DNA from: Tubulanus polymorphus | Taxonomy: Eukaryota > Animalia > Nemertea | Direction of reading: 5' to 3' | Length of the DNA stretch: 64,000 nucleotides | NCBI RefSeq assembly: GCF_964204645.1 | Contig: NC_134032.1 | Coordinates: forward strand, 13,442,275-13,506,274 | In this document: positions 1 to 12,909 of the stretch, piece by piece | Position numbering within the stretch: position 1 is the first letter of the stretch | How the letters are laid out: each line of letters opens with the position of its first letter | Notes under the pieces: generated by a model | Seen by the model: only the letters and a program-made list of their open reading frames with translations | Told to the model about the DNA's origin: nothing | Databases searched by the model: none | Made by a program: the position numbers and the translations under genes

Positions 1-685
1 TCTATTGTTTTATATAGCTTACTTTACATCGTTTTCATCAGCAATAACTCATCAAATGAGAACACACATCGACTCCGATGTTTGTTGATATATCTTTCAT
101 AAATCATTGCACTATGTATGAAATACATCATATCTGTTAAACTGGGTCACGGAATTTTATATCCAAATATACTGTCAACCCAGGATATACCCCACCTCAC
201 CTAATGCCATAAAATGGACTGTCTCCGATCTAGGCACAATAATTTGATTAACTCAACATGATGCGTTCACACACGTAGATGGTGGTATATCCTGGGTTTG
301 ATTGTTATACAATCCAAGCTACAAACATTCACTGTTTTATTATACATGTATTTACATGTGATGTATTTTCGTTTATATTATTATAATAATATTTGTAATA
401 TACGCAATAATGATTTATACATATATATATTATACAAATGTAATTTTACGATAAACAGAACAAAATAAAGATAAAAACATCGAGATAAAAAGATTTCAAT
501 TTTCGTTTCATTTTAGGCAGCTGATATTCTGCCAGTGCGGCATTATTCTTATTAACACGTCACTATTATGCTGGCAACTCGTTCCGATTGGCTAGTTTAC
601 ACCGCACTGAGGTGCAATTTCAAGGAAAGTGCGGAGAACAAAATTAGAGAAAATAGGGCAGTATTCGAACCCAGGCAGCAAATTG

Positions 686-1190
686 CTAATCTCTATTTCA
701 ACCTGACTTTAGAGCATTCCTGGTGGCCTAGCTCGCTAAGTTTTGGTAGTACATACCTGACAATGGTCTTAATAGGACCAGAAAGGACTGGCAGTGGACC
801 TAAATCAAAATTTTTTAATCCATTCAAAACTGTATTGAAGGATATCCAAAAAGTCTTCACTGAAAGGGGTTCCTGAGAGAAAAGAGACTCCATGATTTGA
901 AAGTTTAACAATATGTTTCCATGCCTACCAACTGAAGTCTGGTACATAGGCATGGAAACATATTGTTAAACTTTCAAATCATGGAGTCACTTCTCTTCAT
1001 TTAACCCCTTTCAGTGAAGACCTTTTGGATATACTTCAATACAGTTTCTAATGGATTAAAAAGTGATGTTTTAGGTCGACTGCCAGTCCTTTCTGGTCCC
1101 ATTAAGACCTTTATCAGGGGTATGTACTACCAGAAATTAGCGAGCTAGGCCACCCGGAATGCTCTCAAGTCAGGTTGAAATAGACATTAG
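686..1190. mobile_element. ~500-bp foldback/MITE with ~240-bp imperfect inverted arms
   Basis: ctatttcaacctgact..gcctagctcgctaa (~692-739) is the reverse complement of ttagcgagctaggcc..gtcaggttgaaatag (~1137-1183). The symmetry continues to a centre at ~926-947. Confidence 0.8.
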
Positions 1191-1432
1191 TGTAGCATTG
1201 TTCCAATAGACCACTGAGACTTATTGACACCCATTGGATGTGTTTAACTAAAAGCATTTGTCTAACCCTATCCCTAGCTGTGAAACGGACGCTAAACCTA
1301 ACCCTCAAGACCCTATACCTGATGATAAAACTTTGCTATCTCTAATAGACAAAGTATCTTATTATAAATAGATGGCAAAATGGTGTTAACCGGAATTATA
1401 CCACGTTAGCAAAATATCCACTTTCTATAATT

Positions 1433-4400
1433 TTAATCGGCGCTTGTAACGGAACTCGGAAAGAACGCTCGCGTGAAAATTCCCTTCGTTTTTAGTTTGC
1501 GTTGGTTTTCGCCGTCCTCGCCCATTATTTCGTGAGTCAACGTACGCGCGTCGCGCACGTTTATATCTCCGCGCATCGATACCAAACTGATGATCTGTTC
1601 GGCTCGGAGGTCGTCGTTCTCGGCCAGTAATCCCTGTAAAACCCACGCAGAACACACATTTTAATCTGGGTGCCTACAATTCCTCGATTACTTAAAAACT
1701 TCTCCAAAGTAGAAAATGATTTTTAAGGTGCTTGAAACTCTTAATTCTGTAATTTGAGTTAAATACCTAAAACCTCTTTAAAACTCCATCAATCTTGAGA
1801 AATAGGTAATATAATAAGAAATGTTTGTAGTTGTACTGTAGACTACGCCTAAATTGGTACAGTTGGGACCAGGGGCCAGTTGCACAGTCGTGACTTAAGT
1901 CAAAAAGTGGTCTTAAATCTTAAGACCAGTCTTAAGTTGTTAGATTGGCTATAGAACTAAGTTGGTCTTAGACTAGTCTTAAGTCTAAGCCATGACTATG
2001 CAACCGGCCCCTGGATATTATTTTTACCTGATTAGGCAGTTACCGAATTAGAAAACGAGTTTAGTAGTGTCCACAGTGGAACCTCTATACAGCGAACTTC
2101 ATCGGATCAGTAAAAATGTTCAATATAACCGATAGTTAGATCCAGTATGAAACTAATCAAATTTTCTTACTTTGGACGAAATTCTATATTTGTTATATCC
2201 AATGAATCGTATCTGAGTTCGTTATAATGAGGTTCCACTGTAGGATGAAAGTTTGTTCATAAAACCATTGAATTAATGATTTACCTAGATAAACAGTAGT
2301 AACCCAGTCTACTACAACTGGGATATTAAAATGAAGCAGAAGCTTCCAAGAAATTTGAAACCTTTTCCTTGAAAACTCCTTATATTCAGGAATGACTGAT
2401 CTATAGGGAATTCCCGATTTATTTAACCCAGTGAGAATTCGGACTTTTCGTTTGAATTGTTCTTGCTGGTGACAAATGGTACAAGGAACTGCTTGTGAAG
2501 AAACAAGCCCCACTGATAACAATTCATAAGTCAAAGCATATTCTCTTTTCTCCGCATTTTTTATATAATCGCTTACCGAGATTTCTAGAGACAACATTGA
2601 TGTATCCTTGAGACGAATAACTTCAGCCAGTTTCAACAATGCATCCCACACAGCATTGTCTCCCTGTAATAGAATAAACACTTCCAGATACCGATATATA
2701 TTTGTTTTTACCCAATAAGCATTTACCAAACTAGAAACAGAGTTTAGTAGTGTACAAAACCGCTGAATTCATGGTTTACGGAGATAAACAGTACCGATTT
2801 AGGAGGAGTCTACAGTCATTGAGATATTTGTGCAGATGCTTCCTCAAAATACAGTAGTATTAATTTCAGATCATTTTGGATCAACTGAATTCATCGGGTT
2901 TATGGGAAATTTGGATTAAAAGTTGTTTTCTTGAATATTAATGAATGAATACAGTGTTTTCAATAAGAGCCAGGTCCCAGACCCGTCTGTCGTTTGTAAA
3001 GGACCCGCCGGTTTTTTCAAACCAGCTTTCGTTTCAGGGACTGTGACATATTATGGGACCTTGCTTGTTAATTTCTTATCGAAAACACTGTAATAGACTA
3101 CAAATATTGTCCGGATTAGACCAAAAATCGGATTAAGCAGATCCGGATTAAATGGGTTTAGTATAGTATAGTATAGTATAGTTTGGCTGCATGAAATTTT
3201 CAACATGAAAACTGCAAACAGCCAGATGCGAAGTCAGAGATAAATAATATATACAAACCTCAACCGCACGAGTCGTTAAACGATTGAATAAACTCCTCAT
3301 TTGTTCAGCTTCGCGACTGATTTTGTCCGCCGCCTCCAAACGCTCGTCGTAATTCTTAAAAGTGATTTTTCTGTAAAAAGAACGACACACGACTGTAAGC
3401 AAACTTTCAGCGAATACACTAGACTCCAATTCCCGCAGTGGAACTTCGTTACAACAAATAATAATATCTCGACTTTCGTATAGCGCCTGCTTCATTGTAT
3501 TAATGTTCACCAGCGCTGTCATACCATAAGATTATTATTACCCCAGACCGTAACTAACATACACTCTCATCTTACTCTCCCTGGGGAGATTGTAGTTCCT
3601 AAACTGCACTTTAGCGATACAAGGTACTACGTCTGTCCAGTAGCAAATGTGAATTAATGCCTTGCCTAAGGGCACTACAGAACAGCCGGGGTTCGAACAT
3701 GCAACCTCCCAATTGGAAAGCCCACGCCTTAACCATTCAGCCACATTGCTCCACAAACATCAGGGGCCCGTTGCTCAAAAGTTGGTTAAAGATAACCAGC
3801 GGATAAATACCATAGTAACGACGAAGTTTCAATTGTCACTATGTCAACTATCCACTGGTTAACTCTAAACAACCTTTGAGCATCCAGTCCCTGAGGACTA
3901 GAATTGTAATTCCGTTATCTCTGGGTGAAATCGATCAAACTTCTTTTACGGGACATAGTTATTTGTTATATCTGAGCTCGTTAAAACTGGGGTGTTCCAC
4001 TGTAGATGCCGAATATTTTGTGCTGTGGGGGGTAAGAAGTAAATCCAGCAGTACCGTGCGAACATGGCTTTCAGATAGTCGATGAGAACGCGGTCTTGAG
4101 CTTGCACGATCAATTTTTCGTAGTTTTTCGATTTCAGATGGACGAAATCTTGACAGTAATCTTCTATGGTCAGACAGATCGTATCCAAACAAGCCGAATC
4201 TCCTTGTAACCTACAGCAACGACAGCACGGAAATTAAATTTCATGGAAACCGCATTGCTTTATCCCTAAGTTTTCCTCAAGTAGCGCCTCCCGAATGGAG
4301 GATACTCTTACTCACCATTTTCGCGTGAAAAGCTCTTGAATAAATGCATTCATATCTAAGAAAACTTCATCCAATAAAACTCCACAGCTGAAAAAAAATA

Positions 4401-7400
4401 CCAAGTTTTGAATAAAAATTTAGTTACCTACAGTTTGAGTTCAATCTTTTTTGTGATGAAACTGGGCCCAGGGTCGAATTTAGTGATATAGTTTCAGCTT
4501 AAAACTGTTAAAGTCTAAATTGTTATCCACATCAAAAACATGACTTAAACGCAGGAGGCAACTAAACAGGAAATTTGAGTAAAACTGGACCCGGTTTATT
4601 CATTAGATTTTCATAATCAGTATTCATCTTGTCTCTGAGTTTGTACGAGAGGTTGCTACAAACCGTACCAGGTGGTAGCGATCTTATTGTAACACTCGGC
4701 GATCAGGTTAAACTTATCGATGTTGACTGTTTCGTTGTCGTCTCGAGACTGATATTTATCCTTCAAACGACACTGAATGAAATCACCAATCGACTGGCAA
4801 TTGTTTATATTAGCTAACTGAAAATATATGTACACAGAGGCATCAAAACTAAACTGAAAACCAAGTTTCTCTGTGCTAGTTAAATGAAAAGGAACTTGAA
4901 CACCAGGGGCCAGTAACTCAAAAGTTGGTAATAGTTAACCAGTGGATAGTTGACACCAGTTTCTTACAAGCCTTGGCTTTTTACTGTTCCCTCCTCTCTA
5001 TTTCTGTTATAATGTGTTTCTATATAATGTGAAATGAATTACTTATATTTACTTATACTGAAGTGTATTGATGTATATTAGTGTATTACCAGTAATAAGG
5101 ATTTTACATTATATGTAACTGAAATTGTAAAGGAAAATAAAGACGATATGATATGATATAGGGACCATAAAAATGTTCATCATTACTATAGTATTAATCC
5201 GCCGGTTATCTTTAAACAACTTTTGAACAACTGGTCCTAGATATTTTATCAGCACACTTCCTCCAAAACGTGGTCAAATCGAAACGAAAATACCAACCAT
5301 ATAGTGAAGATAAAACTTCGGTATATTTCTGTTCGCCATGTGCTTATCTCTGTACTTCATCAATTCCGCTATAAACCAATGAAAATTTTCGTTGTAATGA
5401 ATTCGCAATTGTTTCAAAAACGGTTTTTCTCCGACTATCGTACTCACTTTTGTACATTTGGGCGAAGAATTCCATTTCGTCGATGCATAAAATGAGTACC
5501 TTCCCAGTCAGACGTTCGCTGATATGAGCAGCAACCATCATCTAAAGAAAAAAAATATCACACATTCGTGAAACATTTTTTCCATCGTTCAAAGTCTCTA
5601 CAGTACAATAATAACAATTTCAGACGATTTTTTATTGAATTGTTTACAGCAACCAATTTCATAATGCCATAGAATATACAGTGAAACTTGTCTAGGTCAT
5701 CTGAGCTGGGACAATCACTATTTTGGCTTATTGACGAAGACTTAAAGTTAATTGAATAGGAAATACAAGATGCGAGGACTTAAACAATGATGACTTCATG
5801 ACTTAACTGAGTTTGACCATATTTATGGGGACTATCATGCTTTTTGGAAGGATCTCTGGAGGTAATTTGATGGACAAGGGTAGCCATCTTTTCTAAAAGG
5901 GTCTATAAGCTGGGACAATCATTATGACGGCAACTTATCCAAATGAAGACTTACACTTAGTTAATTGAATTGGAAATTAGAAGGACTCAAAAATAGAGAC
6001 AACTGACTTCTATGACGACTTATACAATGATGACTTTACTGAGTTTGTCTGTATCTGTGGTGACTGCTATCATTTTGGGAAGGGTCTTGATGCCAAGCAG
6101 GGTAGCCTTCTTTTCTAAAAGGGTCTATAGATACGATCTAACGATGTCATAGGATGTTTGATACGTACGCTTTGTTCGATCATCTCTATAAGAATGATCG
6201 GTAACGATGTATTATAGAAACCCTCGCTGTCGGCGTCCGGTTCCTGGTCCCGGTACCAATCTTCTTTATCCGTTTTCAGCGAGTTCACCATCCATTCTTG
6301 AAAGTTTTCGCGCATCGTTCGCAAATAACTGTTCGAAGAACAAGAAACAATGATGACTAACAGCTGTGGCAAGCGAGGATTCGCCAGGTGGCTACAGTGT
6401 GGATGACAATCGAAATTCTTCTCAGATTCAATTCAAAAATCTATCCATAATTTCTATGATTGGAATGAGGAATCACACCAAATATGAATGCTGAAGGCAA
6501 AATGAAAGTCTTTTTATAACGCCATTCCTGGGACCAATGAAAAAGATAGCTTTATGAAAAAAAAAAGAATTTCCACTGAATTTGAGTTAGATTGAGCATA
6601 TTCGTCCTCATAAGTGTGCACTGGCATTAAAAAGGATGACATTATAACATTGACTGTAAATCTAAACTAGACTGTAACACCAACTTTTTATTGGAGGCTT
6701 AAGATCTAGATGAAAGTTCATTGCAAATAAGCTTAAATTTGATTGAGTCGTCCTATTGATACATCGATACATATGCCATCTGGCAAGATGGCTGGTGCAG
6801 CACGGACAGGGTCCTTGTTGGAAAGATCCCACTGGTTTGCCAAACGAGGAGGCTCAAGATCTAGATGAAAGTTAATTGCAAATGAACTGAAATTTGATTG
6901 AGTGCTTGATTGACGAATAGCCAACTTGTAGGGTAGCTAATGCAGCACGGGTTCTCATTGAAAAGGACACTCTACTAGGGCATACGGTGTGTGCCGGGAC
7001 CTGATGGAGCCCTCCCCCCCGAGCGTTATGAATAAAGTCTTACGATTCACGAAGTTCGTCGATGGTTTCATCCGGTATAAGCGGCCCCAACACGGACACA
7101 TCGATCTTCGACAGTTCACGATTTCCCATCATTTCCTCCGAACTAAAATACAGAGAGAATCGAGAAAACGATTTCATTTGTAATCAATACACGAACAACT
7201 TGTTGGATACCGTGAGAAATCTAGATTAAACTGCATGTTACCTGTATTCATTTACCCATTTCATCAACGATACAGGTTCATTGCCCTCTAAACCCTGAGC
7301 TTTCAAATCCAACAACTAAAGCCAAGAAACAGAACAGAAAACATTTTATCGGTTAAAAGAATTTAATTAATCAATTATGCACCCTAAACCTGCCCACTCA

Positions 7401-10400
7401 AAACTTTTGATACTTCATCAGTTTTTCTAAATTTTGATCATCCACACTTCACGTGTGTTCAGGACTTCAATTAGAGATATTAAACTACAAACACCAGGCG
7501 TAAGACATTTTATCGCTTACAAAACCTGATTGTCCATGTGTTCAGTACAACTTCACCTGAGACATTTCAATTGAAAATGAACTACAATCACCAGACATTA
7601 GACATTTCATCAGCACGCTTTCACGAACTGATCGTCCACACTTCACATGTGTTCAGAACTTCACCTGTGACATTTTTAATTGAAAATGAACTACAAACGC
7701 CAGATATTAGACATTTTATCAGAACACTTTCAAAAACTGATCATCCACACTTCACATGTGTTCAGTGCTTCACCCGAGACATTTTCAATTGAAAATGAAC
7801 TACGAACGCCAGATATTAGACATTTAATCAGCACACTTCCAAACACTGATCAGCCACATTTCACACTTCACTAGTGAAAGGGTGTAGAAGTTCCAGGCTG
7901 GAGATACCTGTAAATGATAGCATATTTAGAATCACAAATTACTTACATGATTTCCGATGGCGTTGTGATACATTCTTCCATATTTCCGTATAATATCATA
8001 ACTCGGCGGGAAACACGGTTCACATAAATTCTGTAACATATAAACATAATTAAACCTGAATGAGGTCATTATTGAGATTGAGAAGGTTTCATTATCAACT
8101 AATCATAATTTTACTGAATCATTGAAGTTACTGAGAATGAGAAAGTCATCGGCAGTGACTAATCACGATTTTACTGAATTGTTAAGAATGTATTTGAAGT
8201 CATGAATTATTATGAATTAAGTCATGAAGTATTTGAGAATGAGAAGGTCGTCATTAATAACTAATCATAATTTCACTGAATCGTTGAAATCATTGAGAAT
8301 GAGAACTTTTCATAATTATCAACTAATCATAATTTTACTGAATCATTGAAACCATATAGAGAATGAGGTTGCTGTTAGTTACAAATCATACAATTTTACT
8401 AAGTACTTAATTATAGGAAAGAAGTTTTATGAATATTATTTCGAATCTAACGTACGACGACGATTTTCAAATCCTCCAGCACGAGTTGTCGTATGATTTC
8501 AAGATGGCGGACGAGCCACATTTTGTCGATGGTTCGATCGTCCGCCTGACAGCCTTCGATTCGCGTGATCACCGATTCCTCGAGAACGCTGAAACATTTG
8601 TTGCGCCAGTTTTTCGGTCGTCCCGACGGCATGAACCCGTACTGTTCGTGTTTCTGTTGCCACATCGCGTCCGTTCTAAAAAAAATTTAAACCGATGAGA
8701 TGAAAACATCCGTAACACGAGACAAAACATTACGTAATAAGCAAAGTTTCTATGCGAAATGTATACAGTGAGACCAGGGTCCAGTTAAACAGTCCTCACA
8801 AGTCCAGTCCAGAAACGACATGATGAATGCTTGCCTCCATATATCCCCCCATGACATCACCTTTGTGATCTATATCCAATCCCGAAAAGATGGCTTCCTC
8901 CATGAATCGCCCTATGACATCATCAAATTGATTTGAAATATGAGCCAGGATTCAGAAAATGGTCGCCTCTATATATCCCACTAAGACATCATCTTTGTGA
9001 TCTTAATCATTTCCAGAAAAGATGGCTGCCTCCATAAACCCCCTATGACATCATCAAATTGATTTGATCTGTAAGCCTAGATTCAGAAGATGGTTGCCTC
9101 TATATATCCTACTAAGACATCATCTTTGTGATCTATATCATTTCCGAAAAGATGGCACCCTCTATGAATCCCCCCATGACACCATCAAATTGATTTAATT
9201 TATAAGCCAGGATTCAGAAAAGATGGTTGCTCCGTAAATCCCCCTGAGACATCATCATTGTGATCAATATACCATTCCATAAAAGATGGCTGCCTCAAAA
9301 AAATCCACCAATGACATCATCAAATTGATGCGCGTGCATGTACCTTTCTTCCCTTTCTATTATTCTGAGCACCGTTACAATTTGACTCGGTTCTGAACGC
9401 ACGGTGACTAGCGCCCTCTGTAATATCAACCACAACTGCTTCGCTAAGTTACCCGACAATTTCTCCACATCGGAGAAATACGTTTTCAAAGTCTGCAAAA
9501 TGAAAACATTTATTTGATTCGTATATATTGAAAAATAGCATCCACCATTAGCAACTAATCATCTTTTATCTGTTGTTTTGATTACACTGCAGTATCCGAT
9601 ATGGACATTTACTATAACCGGTGGAGGGCGCGAATTTGTTTAAATGTTGCAGAAATTTTGGAACGCAGGCGCAGTCAACTCAGCGCCGTTCTCACATTTT
9701 TATCAGTCGGGCTTTGTTTCGGTTGTTTGAATAGTTCCAGAAACAATTCATCCCTCGACATTTCCAAATCTGTGATACTAAAAATAAAGAAACAGACAGC
9801 GCCAATTACATTTTCATAATCCATCAGTAGCAAATCTTCACATAGAACATTCAATATCCAATGTTTCAACCGTAGAGTTATGGAACCGGATCAAGGCCCA
9901 TGGAATAGAACATACTTCGCGTAGGCTCGCAGTAGGTTTCCTTGGTTGATGAATTCTTGAGTTTTTTTCACCATCTCCGGCACGGTGAATATATTTTTCA
10001 GATTTTCCATCGCCGCTGCCAACTACAAGAAGCGTAAGAAATAATCTGCAAGTTCATTCAGAAATATTATGGCTGCCTCGATGAATTCCCCTATGACATC
10101 ATCTTTGATCTATATACACTTCGATAAAAGACGGCCACCACTAATGATTCCCCCTAATGGCTTTCATTCCTTAGATCGGACCCTGTTATGGCTGCCTTGC
10201 TACATTTACTTGCTTCCTCGCTGACCAAAAGATGGCGTACCTGACTGTGGCGATCATTTTCCTCTTTGATTGCCTGCAGTTTTTCGGGTAAACCCTGTAG
10301 ACATTTATAGTTCTCATCGATGCTGTCCAAACTGAAATCAGAGAGTAATTTCATGTGGAACAGTTAAAGTTGGCCTGGTGCAATGATTGTCACCTCAGGT

Positions 10401-11275
10401 AGTATGCGGTAACCAGACCCCAGAATGGGCTGAATGGTAAATTGGCTTCCATTGATCCACCAAATTTTGGTGCAGTAAAATGCTAGTGATATCAAGTTTG
10501 AATCCAGTTCAGAGTTACCAAGAGAATTCGTTCATTTTTTGATATTTTACACCACTTATTAGGGGTCCCTAATTTTTACTCACACAAAGGCAACAACTAT
10601 GGGCTCAAGTCACATATAAGCAGATAGTGCATGTATACATTGTATATAAATATGGGTTACGATTATGGTGAGGTAGGGTGATATATTTCCCACTCAGGGT
10701 AAACTTTGTCCTAGCTTAGCACTATCCATCAAACTATGATCATAAGACAGCGATATATCTCTATTTAAAGAATGGAAGGGATATTCTTGGATTGGATACT
10801 CACCACGATCGAATTTCTTTGACATCGTGAAGCGCAGACTGTAATTGCGTAAGTCCGGTTTTAACCCCGTCTAATTGAGATTGAACTGCTGTTTTCAACA
10901 TCGCTTCAATTGATGCCTGAAAATATATGAACAGATTGTGCAGACTCACCATAATAGGGTTACCTCATTACTACTCACTGCGGCAATTGAGGATTTATTG
11001 ATCACTCAGAAACACACCAGTCATCGGAATCTAAAAAAACTGTTTACCTTTTTGCGTGTGACACGTCGTCGCGTCTGTTCAACTTTTTCTAACTGGTCAG
11101 GACGCTGAAAAAATAATGTGAAAAACAGGATGACGCGAACGCGATAAAAGTCTTATAGTGAATATCGGTTTATTTCGGTAATTGATTCAAATTGTACCTG
11201 TAACAGAGTAGCTACATGACTAGCAGCCTTCCTCCTGGCGTCAGCCTCCATCTGTTCCAATTCGGAAGATGACAT
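1433..11275 (-). CDS. EXOC3: Exocyst complex component 3 (Sec6), multi-exon
   Basis: First exon 11198-11275 encodes [26 protein letters not shown]. Later exons give [129 protein letters not shown] and [10 protein letters not shown]. Last exon is 1433-1633. The GT-AG boundaries I checked are canonical. Not every internal exon edge was resolved. Confidence 0.93.
1873..2010. mobile_element. PIF/Harbinger-like MITE
   Basis: TIRs gggccagttgcacagtcgtgactta / taagccatgactatgcaaccggccc, flanked by CAG/CTG (CWG target). Confidence 0.7.
2074..2240. mobile_element. Tc1/mariner (pogo/Tigger-like) MITE
   Basis: TIRs cagtggaacctc / gaggttccactg followed by TA. Related copies at ~33386-33543 and ~46702-46858. 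Confidence 0.65.
3530..3752 (-). mobile_element. tRNA-derived SINE
   Basis: The minus strand has an A-box (tggctgaatgg), a B-box (gttcgaaccc), a core segment gtgcccttaggcaaggcattaat and a (TAA)n tail. It does not form a complete cloverleaf. Confidence 0.75.
3764..3890. mobile_element. Harbinger-like MITE family (other copies ~4907-5238, 15254-15380, ~18178-18303)
   Basis: Shared ends gggcc(c/a)gttgctcaaaagttggttaaagataacc ... ggttaactct..caacctttgagca. The copy at 15254-15380 has a perfect CAG/CAG target duplication. Confidence 0.75.
7430..7870. repeat. ~110-bp tandem repeat; related copies at ~14050-14165 and ~23400-23545 (reverse)
   Basis: tccacacttcac(a/g)tgtgttcag recurs at ~7441, ~7635 and ~7744. 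Confidence 0.8.
8810..9330. repeat. ~131-bp tandem repeat with two ~66-bp subunits
   Basis: atgacatcatcaaattgat (one variant) recurs at ~8915, 9046, 9176 and 9311. Confidence 0.8.
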
Positions 11276-11549
11276 CACGTTCAGTATTTCCTTAACAATA
11301 TCCTAAACCACTCGAACTCATTCGCATCGCGTGAATACGAGCAAGAAATCAGAAAAATCGCGAAAAAACAAACCCGGAAATAGATCCAGCTGAGAACTGG
11401 GTTTCCCCCACAAGAATCTGGCTCTGGTGATTGTGATTTAGAACCTGGTTAACGATCGTAACTGTCAAAACAGATTTTAATTCGTCTCAATCCGAGCTTT
11501 GGAGATCGCCTGTGGTTCTTAATTCGAGGCTGATTGAATCTTATCGAAG
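11276..11549. promoter_or_regulatory. Putative bidirectional promoter of EXOC3 and SLC22A18, including the SLC22A18 non-coding first exon
   Basis: EXOC3 ATG at 11275 (-). Strong + strand donor AAG|gtaagc at 11549/11550. ETS-like CCGGAA at ~11374. Confidence 0.5.
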
Positions 11550-12909
11550 GTAAGCTTGGAAATAATTCATCTGCAGTTTGATTTCTTAAACAGATCCTCG
11601 AAAAATCAATAGATTATAAACTGTCATTCATTCAAGTCCAATCATGTATGTGTTCAATTTACTTTTATTGCTTTCGGACTTGATGTTGATTATATTAATT
11701 TACGATATTTGATTAATGCAGACCCTCCTACAACCTCGGATCACGAAAATCTACTGTATAATTGTGTTTGCAAAAAAATGTAAGTAAGGCAGAAAATACA
11801 TATATTTTAGCTCTCTGTGTGCTGTCTTGGACATATGGTCATCTGGACTGGTCATGGTTGGTGGGGTGTGGAGTTTTTTACTTATATTGAAAATTCTCTC
11901 TTGCTCTACTGCTTATAGTGCTACTAACAGTAGACTTTGTTTATCCACAGTGGATAATCATGTGCCTGCTACAAAATTTTCTCGAAGACATCATGACACC
12001 GACCTATCCCTGGGGCGTACTCTTTTATGACCTCCGAAGTCTCCGTCCGAAATCTTCGGTTGGCTCCACACAAAATCCGAATCACACCACCTCGACAGAA
12101 AGGAGGATTCAGAGACTTCAAAAAGTCATGTGACCAATAAAAGAGTACAATTGGAGGCAAACGAATTCTCCGATCTGATAAAAGAGTTCGCCCCCCTGCT
12201 CTTACGTCCACGTCCGCGTTTCTGTTATGCAATTGCAACGCGTCTACTTACCAGAAAATGCAAGTCATTTTCAAAGGTTTTGCTTTATGAAGTTAATACA
12301 ATTCCCTATAACGTGTAGGAGTATAAGCTATAAACAGCTGGCACGTTGCACATATGCGTGGTGTGGTTCAGTGTGGTTCAGTGTGGTAGGACGGTTCATT
12401 GTTTTTCTGTTAAAGCTCTGTTGTATATTTCTATGTGTTTGTGTGTGAACCAACATTTTACAGCTATAAGACTTATATTTCTTTATGTAATCCCCATCCC
12501 CCCTACGCTTATTCAGAATTATTTGGTATCAATGATATCATGGTTAACCATTCATATAGGTTACCTGAATAAACTGCTATCTCCACCCAATGCGAGGAGA
12601 AAGCATCTGTATTTGGTCTTGAAATGGGTCAAAATTAACCAACAGACCACTCTATATGGTCAAAATCCAAAATGTCCTAAGTATCAAGATCTTGATGAGG
12701 GATCTTTGATATAAGTCCTAGTATGGGTATTGGTTATTGTACAGTTAAAGTAGTCATCAGACATGCTGTCAGTATTTTCATCCTAATCCTGATCAGTTGA
12801 GACCGATGAAATAAATCCAGTTTATGAGAAATATGGTTCATCATAAACCTTCTGAAACTTTTTATTTTCTTCGCCGCAGGTTGCATTCAGAAAGTCGCGG
12901 AACGAAAAA

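Noticed and set aside
568-953. ORFs of 102 and 86 aa
   Set aside because: They lie in the foldback element and show no protein similarity.
11827-12714. Cluster of short ORFs in the SLC22A18 5' intron
   Set aside because: No recognisable domain or consistent splice structure.
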